Shown: positions 35,661-43,771 of the stretch, one piece after another | How the letters are laid out: each line of letters starts with the position of its first letter | Position numbering within the stretch: position 1 is the first letter of the stretch | From: an archaeon | GTDB lineage: Archaea > Nanobdellota > Nanobdellia > Pacearchaeales > GW2011-AR1 | NCBI GenBank assembly: GCA_037140195.1 | Contig: JBAXEZ010000003.1 | Location: 1 to 43,771 of the forward strand | DNA: 43,771 bases | Direction: 5' to 3' | Position numbers and translations under genes: made by a program | The notes under the pieces: generated by a model | Databases searched by the model: none | Told to the model about the DNA's origin: nothing | The model's input: the letters and a program-made list of their open reading frames with translations, nothing else

Positions 35661-38600
35661 TTATTGTTGTATATCGGATAATTTTAGTTCAAGTGTACAT
35701 CCATCTAGCGGCATATTGCCTTTAGTATCTCTACATTTAATGAAATATTTATCATTTGCTTTTTCATTCAATTTTACTCCATGAGTATCGCTATAAACTC
35801 CCGAGGCCTTGTCAAATCCGAAGTCACAGCCAATAGATTCATTCAAAACAAACAAACATTCAGCATTTTCATTAGTTCTCAAAATTAAATTTCCTGTTTC
35901 AATGTAAGCTCTCGTGATTACTGGAGATTCACTATCAATGAAAACTGTGAAGTTAGTGTGTGCGCTTGCAACATTACCTGCTGTATCTTCGCAAACTACG
36001 TCAACGTCTTTGGTTCCTTGGCCTAAAGAGCTAAATGGTTGTATATGTGTTTTATTTCCAGTTGTTAACATTAATGAATAAACGTCTCCATAATAAGGCA
36101 ATCTGAAACTACACGAAGCATCTCCTCCGTTTATGCATCCTTCAGTTCTTACTCTTAAACTTACTGTTGCATTTGCATTAACTTCCACATTTCCTACCGG
36201 CTCTATTGAAGTAATAGCTAAACCAGTTTCACAAATCTGCGCACTATACTCTTTCTGTACAACATTTCTTTTAACGAGTCCTGCTTCAACGAGTCCTGGT
36301 TGGTCTTTACACTCAATATATAACTTTTTGTTTGTAGTATAATTTTCAATAAATGCCGCGCATAACCATTCACCATAATATCCCATAGAAGAACCAGTTA
36401 CACAAATAAGTGGAACTGAACCATTTCCAAAACTAAATGTTTGTACAGGTTTATACTCTCCAATTGTTACTTCATCACCTGTCTGCGTTATAGTCATAGG
36501 AATTATTTCAGAAGTGTTTTCCGTTCCCCAATTCATATTGTACGAGTCAAAAGAATATCTACACTCTGCCGGTTCATTCAAATATACAAATAGGTTTAAT
36601 CCTGTTGCATTATTTGCGAGATAAGCATTATTGTCTGGCGCAAATCTAGTAATTAGTGGTGGAGTTAAGTCTGGTCCTTCTGCTTGCTTGACCTGAACTG
36701 TGAAAGGAGCATCGTTAACCAATCCTGCATAGTTTTGACATCTAATATAGTATTCATTGTCTCCCTCTTCCATCGGAATAGTTGTTTCAAGGAGTTCATC
36801 ATGCTCTCCAATTGTTGCATGAGGGGACAAAGCAATTTTGTGATGTCGTCCATCTACTTTTCCAGTCGAGTAGTCGAGTGTTGACGCCATTACAAATCTC
36901 ATCTGATCAAAAGTCATCGAATGATTGATGTCAACTTTGCAAACTGCTTCTTTGTCGGTAATAATTCCAAATGTAACGGGTTCCCATGCGTTTACTGCTT
37001 TAGCTGTATTCTTTTTATTTTCAATTCTAAATCCAAAACTAGAAACATTTGTATAATCATTTCCGCTAGTAATTATTTCTTTCCAAGGATCAATCTTCGC
37101 AGCCCAAACATCAGAAAGGGTTGCACAATAACCTGGTTCACCATTCTCAATAAAATAATGACAATTATTTCCTATACTTCTACATTTATCTTCCGAGCAA
37201 GGTCTTACATCACTATTACATTCTTCACACTTTCCAATTAATGGCGGTTGCCAAGCTTCGCATTTAAATTCGGTAACATAATATTCATTGTCTGTTCCTT
37301 GTGCTGTCAACATATATACAATTGCTGCAATTGCTATAGCAATACATAGAAGCGGGATTGCACATACCGCAACACCAAACGAGGCAAACCCCGGAGCCGT
37401 TGCTCCAGAGACTACTGAGATTGATGTCCAAAAACTTCCTGCAATAATTGTGCTTGACAAAGTAGACGCATATACTGCAGCACCAATACCTACAGCTACT
37501 GCTCCTGCAGTTACTCCTCCTGCCCATGCTGCCGTAGTAACTGCTGCTTCTCCTGGGGGTTGTCCTTTTGACATCATCTTACCAATAAGAGAACCAACTG
37601 TAAATGCTATAGCTGCTAATGCAAATGTAGCTAATAAACTTGAGGCGGTAGTTCCGGCAAGAGCTTTAGATCCTGCGCCCATTGCAGCCAATCCCCCCAA
37701 AGCCCCCAAAACAGCTGTAGCTTGTGCAGTTCCCGATTCTGAAGGAGCACCGACACTTCCAGAAAACGCATTTGAAATCATTGAACCACTCGAACCAAAT
37801 TCGGAACCGAATTGAGTAAGCATTGAAGCCCCACTTTTCCATTTAGTCAAATCACTAAGTGTTTTTGTAGTGCCCATTTCATTTGCTTTTTGATCGTCTT
37901 TCAAATCCCCAGTTAGATAACTTTCAGAAATATTATATCCTTCCGTAGTATATCCTTGTTGTGCTTTACCTTTTTTGTCAATGTAAATTCTATTCACGTC
38001 AAAACCCGAACGACCCAAGTCTCCCTGAGTGTTATATTGAATCCCGCAACTTCCGAGTGAACGACATCGATCATTAAGTGCATCCATCATCAAACTAACT
38101 TGTTGTTTAGATTGAGAAACGGCCTGCATGTTACATTCTGGGTTTTCTTTATCTACTGCGGATGAACTTATCATTGAAGAAGTAGTTTGAATATGTGAAA
38201 CACAGGTAAATGTTCCCAAACCACAAAGACTATTTGTCTCGGACTGACTTCCACCATATCCTGCATTCGATTCTTGTTTTCCCGCACTGCTAAATGGATT
38301 TGACACAACACTTGAAGACCAGAATTGATAACCTGGAGTAAATCTTGGAACACAATGTGTGATAACCGTATTCATTCCCTTCCCAACCAATCCTGCCTTT
38401 CCCTGTTCCTCGTTAGCAATTTGTTTAAATCCGGGTAATTCACTGTACTTTTCATTTCCAGGAATTTCGTTAAACATTACACATTGTGGCAGAGCATCAC
38501 ATTTTGTTTTAACTTTATTATAACTATCTGCATCATTAGCATAGATACACGAACGCCAATCGTTAATAACACACATCGCATCGCTTCTCTTCAATGCAGT

Positions 38601-39746
38601 ATCTTTATTCTCAATACAAATTTCCTGATTAAAATCCGCACATCCATCCAATTTTATTTCACCTTCAAAACAAGTTGCTACATAACTTCTTGTTCCAACA
38701 GGATTAGAAATGTCTTGTGAATTAATTGCATCTGAAATACACCAACTTTCTCCATGCTTTCTTCCTCCCGCACAATCTAAATTTTTACAAACGTTATCTC
38801 CCATTTCGGGTTTTGGTAAATTTTGTCCAGCAATATATTTTGTACAAATACTTCCGGAAGTATATTGGCAATTTCCACAAAATTCGGCAGGTCCATTACA
38901 AGAAGCGCTAGGTGCAATTACCTTTTCCCAGTATGTTTGATCTTTTCCCTTGAATGAATCATAAACATTTGCCTTATTTCCACAACTATCTAAAAAGTAA
39001 ACTCTATCATCTCCACTCATACAAGAAGTTTTAGTAGTTTTTACACAGCTAGTATTCAACTCTTTTGAAGTACATAAATATCCTTTCTTAAATTCTTGAT
39101 TTGCCCTATTGCAATTTTCTTTTGTAGTAAATATACAGTTCTTCAAATCAGAATAATCCGTAGAAGAAGTAAGACATGCTCCCTCATCTTTTAAATCAGC
39201 ATAAGAATCACAGGAGTTTTTCGCGTCCAATGGCTTAAAGACTTTGAGTATATCGTATTCATTTGAAAGTTTAGTGCATTCTCGCGTAGTTGTCATTGCC
39301 GCACCATCGCCTAAAATACAACAGCCTACTTGACATTGTGGAATACTACATGTTGCACTTGCATCCCATTTTCCTCCGAATAAAGTACACGATTCTTTAG
39401 GCGCGTTTAGTGAACAAATACCTGAATCAGAATCATAGCAGCAACCTTTTTGACATTCGCTAACCGTATTGCAACTTGTACCAATCAAATCAGTTTTACA
39501 CAAAGCTTTATCCACAAGTAAAACATCTTGACAAGTTGCTCCGGTTATTGTTTCTTTACAACATCCCGCAGGAACATAATCACTCGCAGAAACGGTCGGA
39601 ATAATTGGTCTAGCTAAAAATTGTATAACTGAAGATTCTTTTTGAAATACATCTGGTAAATCAGTACTTACAAAATATGAAAATGAAATTACTGAAAGTA
39701 CAACTAGCATTAATTCAAATATTGAAATAAGTTTTCGATTTATCAT
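35661..39746 (-). CDS. Very large exported Cys-rich protein (N-module + Gly/Ala hydrophobic core + C-module), paralog A
   Basis: About 1360 aa; ATG 39746 in an ATGA overlap; motifs shared with both 32833-34809 and 28413-31460. Confidence 0.8.
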   Translation of the reverse strand: MINRKLISIFELMLVVLSVISFSYFVSTDLPDVFQKESSVIQFLARPIIPTVSASDYVPAGCCKETITGATCQDVLLVDKALCKTDLIGTSCNTVSECQKGCCYDSDSGICSLNAPKESCTLFGGKWDASATCSIPQCQVGCCILGDGAAMTTTRECTKLSNEYDILKVFKPLDAKNSCDSYADLKDEGACLTSSTDYSDLKNCIFTTKENCNRANQEFKKGYLCTSKELNTSCVKTTKTSCMSGDDRVYFLDSCGNKANVYDSFKGKDQTYWEKVIAPSASCNGPAEFCGNCQYTSGSICTKYIAGQNLPKPEMGDNVCKNLDCAGGRKHGESWCISDAINSQDISNPVGTRSYVATCFEGEIKLDGCADFNQEICIENKDTALKRSDAMCVINDWRSCIYANDADSYNKVKTKCDALPQCVMFNEIPGNEKYSELPGFKQIANEEQGKAGLVGKGMNTVITHCVPRFTPGYQFWSSSVVSNPFSSAGKQESNAGYGGSQSETNSLCGLGTFTCVSHIQTTSSMISSSAVDKENPECNMQAVSQSKQQVSLMMDALNDRCRSLGSCGIQYNTQGDLGRSGFDVNRIYIDKKGKAQQGYTTEGYNISESYLTGDLKDDQKANEMGTTKTLSDLTKWKSGASMLTQFGSEFGSSGSMISNAFSGSVGAPSESGTAQATAVLGALGGLAAMGAGSKALAGTTASSLLATFALAAIAFTVGSLIGKMMSKGQPPGEAAVTTAAWAGGVTAGAVAVGIGAAVYASTLSSTIIAGSFWTSISVVSGATAPGFASFGVAVCAIPLLCIAIAIAAIVYMLTAQGTDNEYYVTEFKCEAWQPPLIGKCEECNSDVRPCSEDKCRSIGNNCHYFIENGEPGYCATLSDVWAAKIDPWKEIITSGNDYTNVSSFGFRIENKKNTAKAVNAWEPVTFGIITDKEAVCKVDINHSMTFDQMRFVMASTLDYSTGKVDGRHHKIALSPHATIGEHDELLETTIPMEEGDNEYYIRCQNYAGLVNDAPFTVQVKQAEGPDLTPPLITRFAPDNNAYLANNATGLNLFVYLNEPAECRYSFDSYNMNWGTENTSEIIPMTITQTGDEVTIGEYKPVQTFSFGNGSVPLICVTGSSMGYYGEWLCAAFIENYTTNKKLYIECKDQPGLVEAGLVKRNVVQKEYSAQICETGLAITSIEPVGNVEVNANATVSLRVRTEGCINGGDASCSFRLPYYGDVYSLMLTTGNKTHIQPFSSLGQGTKDVDVVCEDTAGNVASAHTNFTVFIDSESPVITRAYIETGNLILRTNENAECLFVLNESIGCDFGFDKASGVYSDTHGVKLNEKANDKYFIKCRDTKGNMPLDGCTLELKLSDIQQ

Positions 39747-40552
39747 ATTCCTGCGGGCAACACGCACGTTTTAATTGCAAATTTAATTTCACGATCAGTC
39801 ATTCTATCCTTTAAAGTATAAATCTTTGTCTGATCAGAAGTTCTAGTGGTAGAAATTATTATATCATTATAAGATTTCATCCAATTAAGTTTGTTAAATT
39901 CACAAAGAGTCGATTCATAGTTTACAATCGTCTGTACAAGTTTTATCATATCATAAAATTTCGTCCCATAGGAATATTCAAAACCCGAAATTGTATATGC
40001 ATTATTATCTTTAGAAATATACATTGTTTCGTTTAGTTTAATATTTATTGAACCTTGAACAATATCTACACTAACTTCTCCGGGTTTATGTGTGACTTGA
40101 TAATTTTCATCTTCTAAGTCTTTGTATACTTGTGTCAGGCAAATCTTTGTGTCTCTTGTAACTTTGTTTTCCATTATTTGTTTAATTCTCATAAAGAATG
40201 CAGGATCCTGTGGAATACAAGCCTTGTAAAATTCGGATGCAATGCATAGGTAAGGAACTTTTTCTCTTTCAAATAAAACATAATTACTGGAATTAAAATT
40301 TGGATAAGTATTTTCTTTCAAAAGAATAGATTCGCTTTCCATCACCGAATTTCTCATACAATTTTCTATATACTGTTTTGGATTTGCAGTAGAACTTTGG
40401 CTAAATTTAAACCATCCGCCGAAATACACAATAGATAAAATAATAGCAACAATTAGTATTGCAATTATAATAAATATTGTTACTTGACCTCGTTTTCCGT
40501 AAAACGAGGATCCCTGGGTGGACCACCTGCTATTTATTCTTTTATTGTTCAT
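39743..40552 (-). CDS. Class III signal-peptide (pilin-like) protein, paralog B
   Basis: KRG/QVTIFIIIAILIVAIIL, identical to paralog A; ATGA coupling on both sides. Confidence 0.8.
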   Translation of the reverse strand: MNNKRINSRWSTQGSSFYGKRGQVTIFIIIAILIVAIILSIVYFGGWFKFSQSSTANPKQYIENCMRNSVMESESILLKENTYPNFNSSNYVLFEREKVPYLCIASEFYKACIPQDPAFFMRIKQIMENKVTRDTKICLTQVYKDLEDENYQVTHKPGEVSVDIVQGSINIKLNETMYISKDNNAYTISGFEYSYGTKFYDMIKLVQTIVNYESTLCEFNKLNWMKSYNDIIISTTRTSDQTKIYTLKDRMTDREIKFAIKTCVLPAGI

Positions 40553-43500
40553 TTCTTAAAGTCTATCAATTTAATTATTTGTGTGCAACCATTAGGTACA
40601 TTTCCTTTTTTATCTTCGCATCTTATATACAACGTTTGTTTTCTAGTTTTGTCTGTCAAAGTTATTGCGTGTTTCGTTATAAATGTGTTTGACTCCGATA
40701 TTTTAAATTCACATCCTTTAGTTTCATTAATATTAACTGCGCAATTTGCTTCTTCATTCGTTTCTATAACTAACTTTTCTCCTTCCCCATATGCTCTAAC
40801 TATTCCTGGAGCATTATCGTCATAAAACACAGTAAAGTTAACACTTGCATTTGCAACATTTCCTGCCAGGTCTTGGCATTCAACATTTACAGTTCTTTCT
40901 CCAATCCCTAGGCTTGTAAGTGGTTGTCTATGGACACTTTTTCCCGTATAAAAGAATGAGGAATAAGTGTCTCCATAATAGGGAAGTTTGTATGCGCATT
41001 CTGCTTCTCCATTGTTAATACACCCGGCGGTTTTTACTTCTAAAGTTACTTCTTGCGAGCTATTAACTTCGACAATTCCCTTTGGAGTTATTGAATTAAT
41101 CTCTAGCCCGGTTTGGCAAACAAAAAATTCATATTGGAAACTAAATGAGTTTTGATTTCTTTTTAGTATTTCAGTTTCAACTAAACCTGGCTGATCTTTA
41201 CATTTAACGTACAATTTATTGGTTTGCGTAATATTAGGGATAATGGCAATACAAGGCCATTCGCCATAGAATCCTTGATCTTTTCCAGTTAAACAAGAAA
41301 AGTTATTTGGCATTTCTTCAAAAAAGTTGTAATCATAATCAATAGAATATCTACATTCTGCAGGCTCATCTAAATATAACCACATCGTTAAATTAGTTGA
41401 ATTATATGCAATAAAAGATTTATCTAAAGGAGTAATTCTGACAATTTCTGCAGCGGTTAAATCTGGCCCTTCTGCCTGTTTAACACTAACAACAAATGGT
41501 GCTCCGTTCACTTGCCCTGCAAAGTTTTGACAGATTATATAATACTCATTCTCACCTTCGTTCATAGGCGGAGTAGTCATTCCTTGATCTAGCTCACTCT
41601 CGCCAATTGTTACGTGTGGAGAAAGTGAAATCCAGTGATGCATTCCATCTACTTTTCCGGTAGCGTAATTTTTTTCTGAGAGTAATGTGTATCTCATTTC
41701 GTCAAATTTCTTGGAGTGATTTGTGTCCATCTTACAAATTGCTTCTTTGTCAGTAATTATTCCGAACCTAACTGCTTTCCATGCATCAACTTCTTTAGCA
41801 TTAGTTTTGTTACTTATAATTCTAAATCCTGAAACGGAAATGTTTGTATACTTATTTCCAGGATTTAATTTTTCATTCCACGGACTTATCTTTGCGCTCC
41901 AAGTATCCATTAGGGTAGCACAATAACCTGGCTCTCCATTTTCTACAAAATAACGACAATTATTTCCAATACTTCTACATTTATCTTCCGAACAGGGTCG
42001 TACATCACTATTGCATTCTTCACACTTTCCAACTAGTGGCGGTTCCCAAGCTTTGCACTCGAAGGATGTTATAAAATATTCATTATCTTCTCCTGTAAAC
42101 GTAGAATATATCATCATTATAAGTGCTACTATTGCAACAACTACACAACACGGTACGCAAGCACATAGTCCTATTATACTAGAAAGCCATACCCCTCCTA
42201 GCATACCTAATCCGGACATAATACCTATAAATGCCGTAGATGTTCCGGGAGTCATTCCTGCAGATTTAGCAATCATCTTACCTACATAAGCGCCGATTAT
42301 TGCACAACCTGCCGCTACAACTGCTATGTGGGCTCCCATTACTAATCCTGTTCCTAATCCTGAAGCCGCACCAGATGCTGCTCCACTTGCCGCTCCACCG
42401 ACTGCTCCTGCTGCACCTCCCGTAGCTGCTCCGCTAGCAGCCGCACCAGATATTGCAGCCAGTGCACCAGATATTGCTCCTCCTATCACTCCTCCAGAAA
42501 CAGATCCAACAAGAGACAAGGCTGCCGTTTGAGTCCCATAGTCAATAGAACTTTTACCATCTGCACTATTAATTGCTCTTCCAGCCTCTCTAACTGTTTG
42601 ATTAAGTGGTTCCCCTCCAGGAGAATTAGAAATTATACTAGTTTGAATTCCATTTGTAGTGTCTAGAAGATATTGTCCTCCATTCAGAACTTCTGTTAAC
42701 TCATTAAGAGTTTTAATTTCTCCCATTTTAATTGGTGCTTGAGATTTTTTCAGCGTTTCATTAAGATATCCTTCTGTAACATTATATCCTTCAGTTGTAT
42801 ACTCGGTATGGCTCTTTCCCTTTTTATCTACATAAACTCTTTCTACTTTAAATCCTGCACTTCCCAGCTCACCTTGAGTATTATATTGAATACCGCAACT
42901 TCCCAGAGATCTGCACTTTTCATTCAGTCCTTCCATCATTAAAGAAACTTTTTGATTTGACTGTGAAATGGCCTGCATATTACATTCGGGATTTTCAGCA
43001 TCATGTGGGGTAGGATTAATCATCGGTTGAGTTGTTACAATATGTGAAACACATTTAAAGGTACCTAGTCCGCAGATTTGATTAGTTTCCTGTGTACTAC
43101 CTCCGTAATCTAAGCTAGAGCTGGTTTGTGTACCCAGATTACTCGAGAAAGGATTAGAATAAGAGTTAGTGGTCCAGAACTGATATCCGGGAGTAAATCT
43201 TGGAAGACACTGCATTACATAAACATTCATCCCCTTTCCAACAGCACCGGCCCTACCCTGATCATCATTTGACACTCCTTCCTTAAAACCGGGTAGTCCT
43301 TTGAATTTTTCATTTCCAGGAATATCATTAAACATAATGCATTGAGGTAGCTCATTACACTTCTTCTTTATTTTCGTATAATCATCAAAGTCATTTGCAT
43401 AAATACAGGAACGCCAGTCATTAACGATACAACTAGCTTCACTATATCCTACTGAAGAATCTTTATTTTCAACGCAAATTTCTTGATTGAAATCTGCGCA

Positions 43501-43770
43501 TCCTTCTATTTTTATTTCTCCTTCGAAGCAACTTGCAACATAATTTCTAGATCCTACTGCAGAAGTTGCAATTCCGCTAGAGTTTGCAGCATCTGAAACG
43601 CACCAACTTTCCCCATGTTTTTTTCCATTCGGGCAATTTAAATTTTTACAAACATAATCTCCTAAAGCAGGTTTGATTAAATCTCTTCCAGAAAAATATT
43701 TGGTACAAATGCTTCCAGTTAAGTAATTGCAATTCCCACAAACTTCTGGCGAACCAGAACAAGATTGGCT
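40549..43770 (-). CDS. Very large exported Cys-rich protein, paralog B (5' end beyond the window)
   Basis: The frame stays open to the window edge (SQSCSGSPEVCGNCNYLTGSICTKY...HGESWC) and is colinear with paralog A. Confidence 0.8.
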   Translation of the reverse strand, partial: SQSCSGSPEVCGNCNYLTGSICTKYFSGRDLIKPALGDYVCKNLNCPNGKKHGESWCVSDAANSSGIATSAVGSRNYVASCFEGEIKIEGCADFNQEICVENKDSSVGYSEASCIVNDWRSCIYANDFDDYTKIKKKCNELPQCIMFNDIPGNEKFKGLPGFKEGVSNDDQGRAGAVGKGMNVYVMQCLPRFTPGYQFWTTNSYSNPFSSNLGTQTSSSLDYGGSTQETNQICGLGTFKCVSHIVTTQPMINPTPHDAENPECNMQAISQSNQKVSLMMEGLNEKCRSLGSCGIQYNTQGELGSAGFKVERVYVDKKGKSHTEYTTEGYNVTEGYLNETLKKSQAPIKMGEIKTLNELTEVLNGGQYLLDTTNGIQTSIISNSPGGEPLNQTVREAGRAINSADGKSSIDYGTQTAALSLVGSVSGGVIGGAISGALAAISGAAASGAATGGAAGAVGGAASGAASGAASGLGTGLVMGAHIAVVAAGCAIIGAYVGKMIAKSAGMTPGTSTAFIGIMSGLGMLGGVWLSSIIGLCACVPCCVVVAIVALIMMIYSTFTGEDNEYFITSFECKAWEPPLVGKCEECNSDVRPCSEDKCRSIGNNCRYFVENGEPGYCATLMDTWSAKISPWNEKLNPGNKYTNISVSGFRIISNKTNAKEVDAWKAVRFGIITDKEAICKMDTNHSKKFDEMRYTLLSEKNYATGKVDGMHHWISLSPHVTIGESELDQGMTTPPMNEGENEYYIICQNFAGQVNGAPFVVSVKQAEGPDLTAAEIVRITPLDKSFIAYNSTNLTMWLYLDEPAECRYSIDYDYNFFEEMPNNFSCLTGKDQGFYGEWPCIAIIPNITQTNKLYVKCKDQPGLVETEILKRNQNSFSFQYEFFVCQTGLEINSITPKGIVEVNSSQEVTLEVKTAGCINNGEAECAYKLPYYGDTYSSFFYTGKSVHRQPLTSLGIGERTVNVECQDLAGNVANASVNFTVFYDDNAPGIVRAYGEGEKLVIETNEEANCAVNINETKGCEFKISESNTFITKHAITLTDKTRKQTLYIRCEDKKGNVPNGCTQIIKLIDFKK

Positions 43771-43771
43771 T

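Noticed and set aside
37288-42532. Plus-strand Ala/Pro-rich ORFs (37288-37815, 42011-42289, 42326-42532)
   Set aside because: Antisense shadows of the Gly/Ala-rich cores of the minus-strand genes.
40549-43335. 928-aa ORF starting at 43335
   Set aside because: The frame is open to the window edge and colinear with paralog A, so the true start lies outside the window.
35661-43770. Diversity-generating retroelement TR/VR pair
   Set aside because: No reverse transcriptase in the window; the similarity spans whole coding paralogs, and I saw no adenine-specific mismatch pattern.

Overview
AT-rich 43.8 kb window, most likely from a DPANN archaeon (Pacearchaeota/Woesearchaeota-like). The inference rests on a tRNA-Gly(CCC) with a bulge-helix-bulge intron, TATA boxes about 22 nt upstream of start codons, and several class III (prepilin-type) signal peptides. 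There are three blocks. (1) 100-19271: a CoaD-CoaE fusion and an HD protein, then a ~15 kb translationally coupled, bacterial-type NAD operon (pncB, pncA, radical SAM, Gln-dependent nadE, nadD, Nudix, ADP-ribosylglycohydrolase, NAD kinase, deoxyribosyltransferase-like, NADAR, pnuC, nadR, nadB, kinase-HAD fusion). A nucleotidyltransferase-methyltransferase fusion lies divergent from an NrtR regulator, and candidate GT-N7-AC operators sit on archaeal TATA promoters. The radical SAM and NADAR genes each carry one in-frame stop. (2) 19309-26202: housekeeping genes (bacterial-type tgt, C39-like peptidase, tRNA-Gly, pyrG, Ada-like, dus, YbhB, dPGM). (3) 26205-43771, minus strand: class III signal-peptide proteins interleaved with very large Cys-rich exported proteins. 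These are built from shuffled N- and C-modules around a divergent Gly/Ala-rich hydrophobic core; the block includes a tandem duplication and an inserted HTH-MNT/HEPN pair. A three-copy intergenic hairpin element with compensatory base changes occurs at about 21092, 24151 and 27674. All functional calls come from motif recognition by eye; no database searches were run.
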